Positions 25,399 through 40,300 of a stretch of 64,000 bases of DNA are shown here, one piece after another. Source of the DNA: Nemertoderma westbladi (Eukaryota > Animalia > Xenacoelomorpha). The position numbers and the translations under genes were made by a program. The notes beneath the pieces were generated by a model. That model had not been told where the DNA came from, ran no database searches, and was given only the letters and a program-made list of their open reading frames with translations. Every line of letters begins with the position of its first letter. Position 1 is the stretch's first letter. Location of the stretch: contig JAUCBJ010003768.1 in the NCBI GenBank assembly GCA_032718475.1, forward strand, positions 44,963 to 108,962, in the 5' to 3' direction.

Positions 25399-28300
25399 CT
25401 GAAACACAATAAACAGTTGTTAGGTCCAAGGGAAGTTAGGGAGACGTTTTCATAAAAACAATGAAAAACAAGTTTCTACAAGTAAATCTATTTGCATTAT
25501 AATCATAGAAAGCGATTCTCATCCCCCCGCAGCCAGTTGTTACACAGTCCGTGATAGTATAAAGTAGGGATGCACTCAGTCATTCGACTTAAAACTAATA
25601 TATTGCTTGATAATATAATACATTTAACAAAACTACGTTTTAAGAAAATGTACAAAATAATAACAAAAAGAAAGTGCCTGGACCCGGATTCGAGCCGGGG
25701 TTTTTGCGGCCACAACGCAAAGTACTAACCACTATACTATCCAGGCTTGAGGTAAGAAGATCTCAAATACGTGGTTCTACGAATTTGTACATCTGTATAC
25801 AATAAGTTATTCTTATTGACAATCTGCTTACAAGACAACTGTGGAATAACAATACAGTGTGTTATGATTAGATGGGATGGGATGATGACGTTGACATAAC
25901 GTTCTCCATGCTGTTTTTCCGGAAGTGTGGGGCGAGCCACGATTAATAAAAGAGCCTTAAGATTAGCGGTACAATTACAGAACCTCCGTGTCGTACACTA
26001 AGTAACCTTGTAATTAGCGCTTTGAAATATGCCTAGAAAGGCGCTATATAAATAAATATATATTATTTATATATATATATATTAATAATTATTTAACTTT
26101 CTATGCTTTATGGGGCGAGCCACGAAGCTGTTAGCCTTTAGTACCATCATACAGCGGCACACATTTTTCGACATTGTCCTACTAGCGGTACTCCCATCCG
26201 CCTCAGTGTTGGAAACTTTATATCTCAAAGTTTCAGAGTTTTTTAACTAATATAGACAATGCCTATTTGGACCGCCACTAAAAACTGTTTGATAATGTTC
26301 ATTAATGGCGAAGTCACCACAACGTGTATTCTAGAACATGCGTAATTGCCTTCCTAGTTTTCATACTAAACGTCTGTAGGCCGGTTTTATTTCAACACAA
26401 CAACTAATATGTGACCTCCGGGCGCGCGCACCAACAAGATTCCATACATTAATTAACAACCGTATACCAATGAATCGTTAACTACGTGACGCATACCACA
26501 TGGAAAATCCACTAACTCATATATATATTATAACTAATACCATTATAACTGACCGAGAGAAAGCCGCCCCAATATTAGATTATTACAACAACATATCCAT
26601 TGGGTAAGAAAGTGGAGGAGAGCCATCCCGTCTCTTAATTTTTTAAAATTTAATTTAAAATTAATATTAAATTATAAATAAATTATAATATAATAATAAT
26701 AATTATAATTATAATAATAATAATTATAAATTATAAATATAAAATTAATTACTTAATTTTTAAAATGGAGAAATATTTATCCCACCAAGGTATATTCCCA
26801 CACATACTCTATATAACTGTACAAATGACTAAATTAATACAATTGGCTACGATAATTTATATTACAATTGATTCCATTACATGAAACTGACTTCTATATT
26901 ATTATAACTGAGATCAGCATAATTACCTTTGAGTCACGTATATTACTTTGACTTTTTTCCACATTTCTATTACTCAGAACTTTATATGACAACTGTCTAC
27001 TTTATAATACAATTGACTACTTTATAGTGCAACTATACCTATATATCCTGTAATCAGGCGTTAAATTATACAAAATATCGTTGCTGTAAGGTACAAATGA
27101 AACTTACCGAAAGGATTTTTGGCTGTTATTGTCTCTGTTCCTTCGAGGGGCTCCCCTACGCCGTACTGATTCTCCGCCGCAACCCTAAACTTATACTGCT
27201 GTCCTTCCACGAGATTGTTTACAGTCAGACTGGTGCCGGTAGCGGTGCCGCAGCGGACCCAGTTGCCCCTGGAGACGTCCATCTTCTCTACCACGTACTG
27301 GGTAACCGGGGAGCCGCCGTTGTCTTTGGGGGGGTCCCACGATACAAACGCAGTCTCCTTGGTAACGTCTCTCACGTCCAAAGGACCCCCCGGTGGTCCA
27401 GGTGCGTCTGCAACAAACCAATCAACAATCGATTAAATCAGACAAATATAAACAATGTTATAATTGATTTCCTCTTCATTATTACAAGTTATATATTTTA
27501 AGTTTATTTTTTGACAAATCGTTTATGACACGGTCTTGTATTTGACATGGAGTTGAAAAGTACAGATAGGGGGTGGGGACTTTCGGGGCAATAAAAATTA
27601 ATCCCTATCCAGGGGAAATTGGACGCAAATAACAGCTGATTACTTTCAAAAATAAAACTGTAACCTGTTCTATTGATTTTCGTCTATTGTTTTGGTTAAA
27701 ATAACGTGCCACTGTAACCTGCTCCTTTCCCTAAATTGAGAATTTAACATTGAGGCGGGATATTAATTCGTCGAGATGGGATTTGTTTGCGTCCATCCCC
27801 CCCCCCCCCCCCCCCCTGTCTCGATAATTAACTCGGTGATTTCACAAATTCCGACCCCTCCCCCCCCCCTTTTTTTTAACCCCATCTCACCTAAAACTAT
27901 AACGTTGCAGACAGCCTCTGCGCTGCCTAATTCGTTACTAGCTGCCACCGTGTACTCGCCCATGTCGATACGTCTTACGTTCGTAACGACGCAACTACAC
28001 GAACTCGGGGTCTGATCCATCTTGGTTCGAGCGTCTGGTACCATGACAACGCCATGCACCGACCAATGGATGTTAGGCAGAGGCGACGCAGTGTAAGGGA
28101 CCACAATGCGGAGTATCTGACCCGCGGTCAATGTGATATCCTTAATGTTGGACATGTCGAATACCGGAGCGGCTGAAAAGTAAATGATTAATTTAAGTTG
28201 TGGAAGTCTGTAAGAAAAACCCAACTCTAACAGCATTATACCTTGACGACGGAATAGAAGGCATCTATGGGTTATATTTAATTAGCTATACTAACAGTCT

Positions 28301-31300
28301 GGGTCCTTTATTGTGATTGGTTCTCTGGTGATTCCTGGTTCACTACCACCCGCCGCATTCACTGCAATTACACGGAACTCATAAGTTTTCCCTTCGTCCA
28401 CGTCACTGATATCTAATTCTGTCGCATTAACAGGCTGGTTATTGACCTTCATCCACCTATAATACCGAATTATTTGGGTTGATTATCAGAAATTGGCAAC
28501 ATAATTCAATATTGGGTATTCCTTAACAACTAAATTACCTTATTGGAAAATTGCTAACATTGTGCTACCAAATATACATTATAATCTAAAAACGACCACC
28601 GCAAACACACCGAGGTGAAAATATTATAAAGCTAATAAATGGTCACGGATTGATAAACATTGTGACCAAATACACTCTCATCTAACATTATGACTACCAA
28701 ATACATTCTCATCTAACATGATGACTACCAAATACGTAATAATCTAACATTATGACTACCAAATACATTCTCATCTAACATTATGACTACCAAATATATT
28801 CTCACCTAACATTGTGACTACCAAATACATTCTCATTAACATTGTGACTACCAAATACATTCTCATCTAACATTGTGACTACCAAATACATTCTCACCTA
28901 ACATTGTGACTACCAAATACATTCTCACCTAACATTGTGACTACCAAATATATTCTCACCTAACATTGTGACTACCAAATACGTAATAATCTAACATTGT
29001 GACTACCAAATACATTCTCATCTAACATTGTGACTACCAAATATATTCTCACCTAACATTGTGACTACCAAATACATTCTCATTAACATTGTGACTACCA
29101 AATACATTCTCATCTAACATTGTGACTACCAAATACATTCTCACCTAACATTGTGACTACCAAATACATTCTCATCTAACATTGTGACTACCAAATACAT
29201 TCTCACCTAACATTGTGACTACCAAATACGTAATAATCTAACATTGTGACACCCAATATATTCTCACCTAACATTGTGACTACCAAATACATTCTCACCT
29301 AACATTGTGACTACCAAATACATTCTCACCTAACATTGTGACTACCAAATACATTCTCACCTAACATTGTGACTACCAAATACATTCTCATCTAACATTG
29401 TGACTACCAAATACATTCTCACCTAACATTGTGACTACCAAATACGTAATAATCTAACATTGTGACACCCAATATATTCTCACCTAACATTGTGACTACC
29501 AAATACATTCTCATTAACATTGTGACTACCAAATACATTCTCATCTAACATTGTGACTACCAAATACATTCTCACCTAACATTGTGACTACCAAATACAT
29601 TCTCATCTAACATTGTGACTACCAAATACATTCTCACCTAACATTGTGACTACCAAATACGTAATAATCTAACATTGTGACACCCAATATGTTCTCACCT
29701 AACATTGTGACTACCAAATACATTCTCATCTAACATTATGACTACCAAATACATTCTCACCTAACATTGAGACTACCAAATACATTCTCACCTAACATTG
29801 TCACTACCAAATATATTCTCACCTAACATTGTGACTACCACATACATTCTCAGCTAACCTTGTGCTACCCAATTCCTTTTTCTCAACCAGATACCCAGTA
29901 ATCCTGGAGCCACCATCCTTCTTTGGTTTATCCCAGGCCAACGTCAACCCATCTTTAGTAACATTCTCGCCCCTGACGTTGGCCGGCTTATCTGCAACAT
30001 CATAAGGATTCTTAGCCACTACCGGAGAGCCTGTCAACGGTTCCGATACACCAAACTGATTCTCCGCCATCACTCGGAACTCGTACTCCTCACCTTCGAC
30101 CAGTTTACCTACAGTCAACGAGGTTTTGTTACCATTGGCGACGCCAACCTGAACCCAGTTACCACGACGATCTCGCTTCTCCACGATGTAACCCAGAACT
30201 TCTCCGTCGCCGCAGTCGTCCGGAGGTTTCCAGGCCAGTTCCACGCGGTCAGCGAAGACCTCCGGGAACTCCAGGGGGCCCTTCGGCGCAGCCGGTATGT
30301 CGTAGACTACCGTGTTGGCGACGCCGGTCGCGGTCCCGGCAACGTTACTCGCTGTCAGGGTATACGGACCGGTATCCGAACGAACGGATCTGGGTATAAT
30401 CAATGATATAACGCCACTTCCGCGATCATACTCCACGTCTAGTTTCACCCGGTCGCTGTTTTCTACCTGCACACCTCCATGCATCCATTTAACATCCGGC
30501 TTAGGACTACCTTTAAAATTGACAATCAACTCCAAAGGCTGTCCGGCTTTTACTCGGACGTCATGTAACCCGGACATATCCAAAACCGGCTCAATTTCCG
30601 GCTCCTTTATAGTAATCATTTCGGTCTCAGGACTCGGTTCCCCTTTTCCGGCCTCGTTAACCGCTTTCACTCTAAACTTCGCCTGAGAACCTTTTGGTAA
30701 ACCCTCGATATTTGCCCGAGTGTCCGGAGTACGACAGCACTCCTCCCACACCCCATCGGGGCCGCTCTTCTCCACTATGTACTCCTTAATATTCCCGCCC
30801 CCGTCGTTCCTGGGTTTATCCCACGAGAGAGCCACCGAATCGTCCGTGATCCCCTCCACGACCGGCTTCCCCGGGGGTCCGCTACCGTGGATCGGGAACC
30901 TCGCCACCGCCTTCTCGCTCGGTCCCGACGGCTCGGAGACACCGGCGAGATTCTCCGCGGCGACCCGGAACTCGTAAGTCTGATCTTCGATCAGATTGGA
31001 CACCACAAATTGGGTGTCCAAAATCGGCTGACGGGAAACTCTAGTCCACTTCCGAGTGTCGGCATCACGCTTCTCCAGAATGTATCCTGTAATTGGACTT
31101 CCCCCATCAGCCGCTGGAGGCGTCCAGTTCACGGTTATGCTAGAGGGTGTTGTTGCGCCTATTTTTGGCGGTGCAGGTGATGAAGGTGGGTCAAATGGTA
31201 GCTTAGCAACCGTATATTTTTCTGTCTCAAGAGGTTCACTTTCACCTTCTAGATTAGCTGCAACAACCCTGAACAAGTACTCATGGTTTTCTTCTAGTTT

Positions 31301-34300
31301 AGGTACAGTTAGACTTGTTTTTGTTGTTGCTATGGGATTCACTCTGACCCAACGACCAGTCGCTTTGTCCATCTTCTCCACGTGGTACCCACTGATTGGA
31401 CTTCCACCATCATCAGCTGGAGGTTTCCATGACAACACTGCCGATTCCCTGGTCACATCGGATACATCGAGAGGACCCTGTGGCGGTGAGGGTTTATCCA
31501 ACACGTTAACATTACAACTTCCATCAGCGGAACCGAGTTTATTACTCAGGTTTAATCGATAAGACCCAGCATCTGTTCTACTCGCTTTGTCAATATGAAC
31601 AATCGTAACATCGGGTGAATTATCAATCTAAATTGGAAAAAATTGACATAAAATTAATTACTAATCGATAACGTTGCGCTGAAACACATACTACTGTAAA
31701 GAGCAGCAGTAGTTCCAGTACTCCTCTACGGGAGTCCATGCTGGGCTCTAACTGCTGAGGACACCAAATCTCTGGATGGCACATTCACAAGAATGCTACG
31801 CCGGGTTCATTGTGTCAAGTACAATGCACACATCTCCAACCAGACACTATATAACATTGGAGGTGTCTCATTGGTTCCCCTCCGCTTTGCAGGACATTGC
31901 TTTCGCCGTGAGGACCAGCCAGTGCATAATCTTGTACTTTGGCAGCCTCATGGAGTGAATAAGCATGGTGGACAGCCCATGACTTTCTTGAGACGCATCT
32001 TAAAGGACACTGGCCTTGAAGATGCGGATGATCTAGCAAATGTCATGGGTGATAGTGAGTTGTGGCGGTGCAATTTTGTTGACAAGCCGGCACAGCATTC
32101 ATAAAAATGCAGCTGCAATGCAGCATGCCGATCCTAGTAGTAGTAGTATCCTAGTAACTGTAAAGCTTTACTTCCACCAGATTGTAATCTACCTTCTGCT
32201 GTTACCACTTTTTTAAATTCGGCCAATTTTCGATTGAATTCCATCAAAATGTGGTGCACTCAAACTCCAGACTAGACCTAATTAAATTGGAAAAAAATTA
32301 GAACCTAGCAAAATTATACATAAAACATGGAATTGGTCTAACAAGATATAATTTTATGAAACATCTCTTTGACATCAATTTGGCCCTTCTATTGTGTGTG
32401 ACCTGACCTTGAATGTAATCCCACCACAATCTTACCTTACAGTCTGCCCCAGATTGCAGCACATCTCCGTTTCTCTCCCATGTAATATTGGCTTCGGGGT
32501 TGCTCGTGAACGGAACTTCTAGATGCACCGACTGCCCGGCGCGCACGGTCACATCGCGAAGTCTGGCTAGGTCCATCTTGGGGGCCGAGAGCGGAGACAC
32601 CGCCTCGGAAGGTTTACTTGGTTCACCCAGGCCGGCTTCATTCTCAGCTAATACTCTGAATTCATACTCGTGACCTGGTAGAATTAAAATTTGAAAGGTA
32701 ACATAAAGAGATTGGCTAAGGGGCATATAAAGTATATATATCTAGTTTTAATAAATAATAATGCTGCAGAAGATGATAACTAAGTCGGTGTGAAGTATAG
32801 TATTAATGATGGAAATTTAATTATTATATAAGTCATATAAAACATTACAATTAATTCATAACTACAAAAACAAAAACTAATTTTATTCTTAAATAATCTT
32901 GAATAATGTGGCTTTTAAATTATTGCCAATATATAAAACACAATGAAGCACACTAACTAAATTAATATAAACTACCTACCTAACTATATACAAAAGTACA
33001 AAATCAGTCTAACCCGCTGAGTCAGTAAATGTATAAAAATGTACAAAAACAAAATATATCCCAAAACAAATATTGTTAGGAGTAAATAGCTAATTAGTTA
33101 GTGTTTTAATAGTCTAACCTGGTTCCAGCCCATCCACTGTCATTTCTGTCCCCTTTACAGGTGTATGATTGCATTTCACCCATTTATTGGTGGCCTTATC
33201 CAATTTCTCAACCACATAGCCCTTGATGGGTTTACCGCCATCTTCTTTGGGTGGTTTCCATGACAATGTTACAGAGTCTGGTGTAACTTCCTCAATCACT
33301 GGCTTCGAAGTACAAGAAGGCGGTTCAAACATATTCTTAGCCACAACGGGAGATCCCTCGAGTGGTTCGGATATGCCAAACTGGTTCTCAGCCGAAACTC
33401 TAAACACATATTCTGAGCCTTCATTGAGTTTAGTTGCTGTAAAGGTTGTTTTTGAACACGTTTCTGTTACCTTAACCCAAACACTTCTCTTAACATCCCG
33501 TCTCTCAACAATGTATCCCAAAATATCCGATCCACCATCATCTTTGGGTGGTTTCCATGACAATGTAACAGAATCTTTTGTGGTTTCAGGATATTCGACT
33601 GGGCCTTGAGGTGGTGATGGTTTATCCAACACAGTAACATTAGCAGTCCCTTCGACCTCTCCTGAACTATTAGTTAAAAGTAATTTATACTTCCCGGAAT
33701 CTGGGCGAGATGATTTATTTACTGTTAGTCTTGTAGAAGTAGCAGTAGTTTCTATAACAACCGCATTGCTAGGTGACAACTGTTTATCACCATGGTACCA
33801 TGTAGCAGTTGGAGGAGGACTTCCAGTGAACTTGACATTAAGATCAATAGGACTTCCAGCTTTGACTTTAACATCCTGTAAGTCACTCATATCCATAGTA
33901 GGAGCTATTTTAGGAGTTTCAATTAAGGTCAGGGGAGTAGGTTTACTGGCTTCACCTGGCCCAACTTCATTAATTGCCTTTACACGGAATTCTAACTCAT
34001 CGCCTTTATTGAGACCATCGACGGTGCATTTAGGCTCTGAGCACCTGAAATATTGAAAAACGAAAATCAAATATAATTGAAATCCACTGGAAAACATTAG
34101 AAGAATCAGAATCCTACCATTGTTGCATTGGACATTATTGTTCTCAAATTCATACAATACTTAAAATCGGCTGGTTTTAATGTAAGCAAGTACAATATTA
34201 CATTTTCTATATAATTATATATAATATACAGAAAACTTCCATAATTATGTATTATATATGAATCGTAAAATGAAATTAAATGCTACATATTATTTATTAT

Positions 34301-37300
34301 ACATAACGTTTGATTTTTAGGTCCGCGTAGCGAGACCTCTAGTATTCACTCTGTTATTAGGTCCGCGTAGCGAGACCTCTAGTATTCACTCCGTTGTTGT
34401 TGTTGCTGGTGTTGTTAATTTCTCATTAGGTTTTGGTATTAAGGCTTGATACGGCCCCAGTGGCTCAGTTGGCAGAGCGTGGGACTTGGAATCTCTAGGT
34501 ACCGAGTCCAATCCCCCATTCCGGTGAATGTTTTTATGTTGTAAGATTGGTAGTAAGCCATTCAAGGAGACAGCCCATGCGTTAGTAAACGCGGACCTTT
34601 GCGCGATTTCGCGCTTGTTATGCTACAACAACTTTTACCCATTATGTTAATTTCCAGTGTGTCATATAGAAAATTCCAGAAAGTTAGTGACACCCAAAAA
34701 AAAATCTGAGTGATACAGTCAGGGGAGAAGTGGGGGCTAAAAATTCAAAATTTTGAAAATGGTTTTTTACATATTATTGTTCAAAGACATGTGCTAAGGG
34801 TTCTCACAAAATTTTAATAAGATCCCTCTACAGGAGGTGCTTTAAAAATGGGTATACACATGATGAAGTCTGTTGTTCGATTGACGTATCCGTACAAATT
34901 TTGCCCTTTCGGGGAAATATTCTACTAAAAAATAAAAACTATGTTCAGAAGGTTACTTACTGTAAGAATTGCTCGTGACTAAGTGACTTAACTGACTGAA
35001 TTTTCACAGTGGCTGGCTGGCCGGATTCTAAGGTTCCTGGCATGATTTTCGAGCCTCTGGGCTCGAAAAATAGACGTATACCGAAAAAAGCAATAGGCAC
35101 AATGATAAATCAACAGCTGGAGCACATGAGAAATGGATAGAGAGGTCCTAGTAATGCCATTCAATAGGGAGGGCCCAGCTACCCAGAAAGTACTTTCTTT
35201 GCCAAGTTTTACTTACTCACTCACGATCTCCCAGACAGTAAACAAACATAAGCTGTAGTTTTGTATTGTATTACCCCCTCAGCTAATAGCTCTTTCCCAT
35301 TCATCCTATAGGAAGATCTACAAGGTTACACACTCTGCTATGTTAGGAATTTACTTTAGTTTACTCTACTGTGCCATTCTGCTGAATGGATTTGAGCAAG
35401 CAGGTTAGTTACGACTGCTAGGATTTTGGCACTGTAACTAAAATATATATATAACATCTGGACTAACATCGCCCAGTCACTCAACCCTCACCACATAGAT
35501 ACTTACTGTTCACCCCTTGCATAGTAAAACTTTATATTGCAAGTTTTTTCCATACACAGTCTAACGCCAGTACAATACATTTTTTGTATTAAAAGGTTGG
35601 TTCCTTATTGGGCCCCTAGGCCCATCACTAGTTAGGAACCGACAGGTTACTTACTATAAGAATTGCTCACTATTATACTGATTAGTTGTGAGAGCTTTGG
35701 TGACAGCTATAATTTCTATATATTTCTCGATATAACACCATCACATGAATGGGGGACAAAATGTTCAGAAAATATATACTTGATATATAAAAGGCCTGGC
35801 GAACCCCCACGCGGTTTACATTACAGTTAACCAATTAAAATCATTACCTAGACCTTTGACAGCTGCCTAAGGAAAAGTCTGTCTGGAAGTTTTCTAATCA
35901 GAATAAAATTACATATCTCATAGTTACAACATACTATAATCGTATAAAGTGTTTCATTATACACCATCAGGTAACTAACTAGTTATCATAATCATATATT
36001 TGATATTTTTTTGCAAATTAGATTGATTTGGTTCAGAATGTCACATAAACTCTTGGAAGTATATTATGCAACAAACCCATTGAATATGATATGAATTAAA
36101 TTCATGAAAATATATAATGCCAAAATAATGCAAACATTCAATCATCCACAACCACATGTGAAGTATAATCTTTAAGACTACACATACTAAAATTAATTAT
36201 TATAATATTATAACCTGGAACATTCTTCCCATTCACCATCTGGTTTCCTCATCTCCACTACATATCCCTCCACATTACCATCACCATCATATGTCGGCTT
36301 CTCCCAGGCTAGAGTTACTGAGTCATCAGTAACAGCTTCAACCTCAGGCGTCCCAGGGGGTCCAGCCTGGAACACAGGATAGCGGGCGATCGCCTTCTCG
36401 CTTGGTTCTGATGGTTCTGATAAACCAGCAAGATTCTCTGCTGAAACACGGAACTCATATTCTTGACCTTCAATCAAGTTTGGAACTGTAATTTCAGTTC
36501 CTTTGACAGGATGTTTTCCAACTTTTGTCCATTTTCCAGAACGAGTGTCTCTTTTTTCAACAACATATCCTGTAATAGGACTACCCCCATCAGATTCAGG
36601 TGGTTTCCATGATAAACTGATACTATCAGGAGTTGTTGTCTCGATCACAGGCGGTACTGGCGATGAAGGGGGGTCAAATGGTAGCTTAGCAACTGTATAT
36701 TGCTCTGTCTCCAGTGGTTCACTTTCACCTTCGAGATTGGCAGCAACAACCCTGAACATATACTCATGGTTTTCTTCTAGTTTAGGTACAGTTAGACTTG
36801 TTTTTGTTGTTGCTATGGGATTCACTCTGACCCAACGACCAGTCGCTTTGTCCATCTTCTCCACGTGGTACCCACTGATTGGACTTCCACCATCATCAGC
36901 TGGAGGTTTCCATGACAACACTGCCGATTCCCTGGTGACATCAGATACTTCAAGAGGTTCACATGGTTTACCAGGCACATCGAGAACATTGACCTTAAGA
37001 GAACCCTCTGCAGAGCCAATCTCATTGGTCAATCTGATGCTGTACATGCCAGTGTCGGACCTCACAACTTTATCAATAGAAACAATTGTAAGACCTGGTT
37101 TACTCTTCTGCGTTTTAGCCTCATCAAGTGGAACGTCTTCTTTAGACCAACTAACAGTAGGTTCAGGATTCCCTTCATAATCTAATTCGATGAGAAGAGG
37201 CTTTCCTGCTTTTAATGTAATATCTCTGAGTTTAGAAAGATCAAGTTTAGGGGCACATTTTGGTGAAACAGCTTCAGTGGGAGAACTGGGTTCTCCAGGT

Positions 37301-40300
37301 CCCGCTTCATTTGCTGCACTGACTCGGAACTCGTAAGAATGTCCTGGTTCTAAATCATTTACAGTAATCTCAGGATCCGAAATTGGGGATTTATTGACTG
37401 GAGTCCACCTGTAATAAGTACAAAAATAAATAATTATAATAAAATAATATTTCAATAATAGACACCACTTTATAAATATTATGAATGAAGTCATTGCTGC
37501 TCAATAAATTATAATATTACACCGATGTATTCAAATTCATTACCTGTTTGTTGCCTTGTCAAATTTCTCAACAAAGTATCCTTCAATTGGTCGACCACCA
37601 TCTTTTTTGGGTGGTTTCCATGACAATTTCACACTATCTGTAGTCACATCTTCCACAACTGGTTTTGATGGGGGATCAGGAGCTTCGAACATATTCTTAG
37701 CCACAACGGGAGATCCCTCGAGTGGTTCGGATATGCCAAACTGGTTCTCAGCCGAAACTCTAAACACATATTCTGAGCCTTCATTGAGTTTAGTTGCTGT
37801 AAAGGTTGTTTTTGAACAAGTTTCTGTTACCTTAACCCAAACACTTCTCTTAACATCTCGTCTCTCAACAATGTATCCCAAAATATCCGATCCACCATCA
37901 TCTTTGGGTGGTTTCCATGACAATGTGACAGAATCTTTTGTGGTTTCAGGATATTCCACTGGGCCTTGAGGTGGTGATGGTTTATCCAACACAGTAACAT
38001 TAGCAGTCCCTTCGACCTCTCCTGAACTATTAGTTAAAAGTAATTTATACTTCCCGGAATCTGGGCGAGATGATTTATTTACTGTTAGTCTTGTAGAAGT
38101 AGCAGTAGTTTCTATAACAACCGCATTGCTAGGTGACAACTGTTTATCACCATGGTACCATGTAGCAGTTGGAGGAGGACTTCCAGTGAACTTGACATTA
38201 AGATCAATAGGACTTCCAGCTTTGACTTTAACATCCTGTAAGTCACTCATATCCATAGTAGGAGCTATTTTAGGAGTTTCAATTAAGGTTAGGGGAGTAG
38301 GTTTACTGGCTTCACCTGGCCCAACTTCATTGATTGCCTTTACACGGAATTCTAACTCATCGCCTTTATTGAGCCCATCGACAGTGCATTTAGGCTCTGA
38401 GCACCTGAAATATAAATAAACCATTATATAATTACTAGGTCTAACAACACGAATCATTTAATAATCTTAGTCACTTGGACATATTACTGTTTGTTTTAGA
38501 CTTTAGACTTTAAAATTAAAAAACTTCTTACTCCACCCATATTAACTTAGGCAAGAAACAAGCCTATATCATATCATATAGATATTATGTCGACCTATAT
38601 TATTTGTAAAGAATATATTGAATACACTGTCAGAATAATACCTATTAGTTTTCCGTCTGTTTGTATTCCATTTTGTCAAAACGAAATATATATATTAGGT
38701 GATATATAGGAATACAATGTGTCTTGTCATTCATAAGTACTGTAGTCATTTGTATGATATTATGATAAATCAACTTTTCCTGTGTGTGGCAAAGTGAAAG
38801 TACTTTTGCCACCCTCATATAAAAGGGTGGCTGAAGCATGTCATTGATCCGGATCAATCAGGATATAGACTGCATCAAATATCAAAAGTTTGGGAAATAC
38901 TAGCTCTTTATACTGTAATTAGGACCCCTACCGTTCATTACAATAACTAAACTATTCCAATATTTATCCTGCCATTTATTGGCCCTGAAGTGCCTATTTT
39001 AATTTTTGGTTTTCCCAAATTATACAAACTCATAAATTAAATATGCGGCCAGCCATCATTTATCCAGAAATTTGTGTATTAATTAGAAATAATTTAAATC
39101 AGACCACTAATAAATATGCATTCAAAGATTAATCATTACAACTTGACATAATAAAATAAATTTATATTCTAACCTGGAACATTCTTCCCATTCACCATCT
39201 GGTTTCCTCATCTCCACTACATATCCCTCCACATTACCATCACCATCATATGTCGGCTTCTCCCAGGCTAGAGTTACTGAGTCATCAGTAACAGCTTCAA
39301 CCTCAGGCGTCCCAGGGGGTCCAGCCTGGAACACAGGATAGCGGGCGATCGCCTTCTCGCTTGGTTCTGATGGTTCTGATAAACCAGCAAGATTCTCTGC
39401 TGAAACACGGAACTCATATTCCTGACCTTCAATCAAGTTTGGAACTGTAATTTCAGTTCCTTTGACAGGATGTTTTCCAACTTTTGTCCATTTTCCAGAA
39501 CGAGTGTCTCTTTTTTCAACAACATATCCTGTAATAGGACTACCCCCATCAGATTCAGGTGGTTTCCATGACAAACTGATACTATCAGGTGTTGTTGTCT
39601 CGATCACAGGCGGTGCTGGCGATGAAGGGGGATCAAATGGTAGCTTAGCAACTGTATATTGCTCTGTCTCCAGTGGTTCACTTTCACCTTCGAGATTAGC
39701 TGCAACAACCCTAAACATATACTCATGGTTTTCTTCTAGTTTAGGTACAGTTAGACTTGTTTTTGTTGTTGCTATGGGATTCACTCTGACCCAACGACCA
39801 GTCGCTTTGTCCATCTTCTCCACGTGGTACCCACTGATTGGACTTCCACCATCATCAGCTGGAGGTTTCCAAGACAAAACTGCCGATTCCCTGGTGACAT
39901 CAGATACCTCAAGAGGTTTACCTGGTTTACCAGGAACATCGAGAACATTGACCTTAAGAGAACCATCGGCAGAGCCAATCTCATTGGTTAATTTAATACT
40001 GTACATGCCAGTATCGGACCTCACAACTTTATCAATAGAAACAATTGTAAGACCTGGTTTACTCTTCTGTGTTTTAGCCTCATCAAGTGGAACGTCTTCT
40101 TTGGACCAACTAACAGTAGGTTCAGGATTCCCTTCATAATCTAATTCGATGAGAAGAGGCTTTCCTGCTTTTAATGTAATATCTCTGAGTTTAGAAAGAT
40201 CAAGTTTAGGGGCACATTTTGGTGAAACAGCTTCAGTGGGAGAACTGGGTTCTCCAGGTCCCGCTTCATTTGCTGCACTGACTCGGAACTCGTAAGAATG

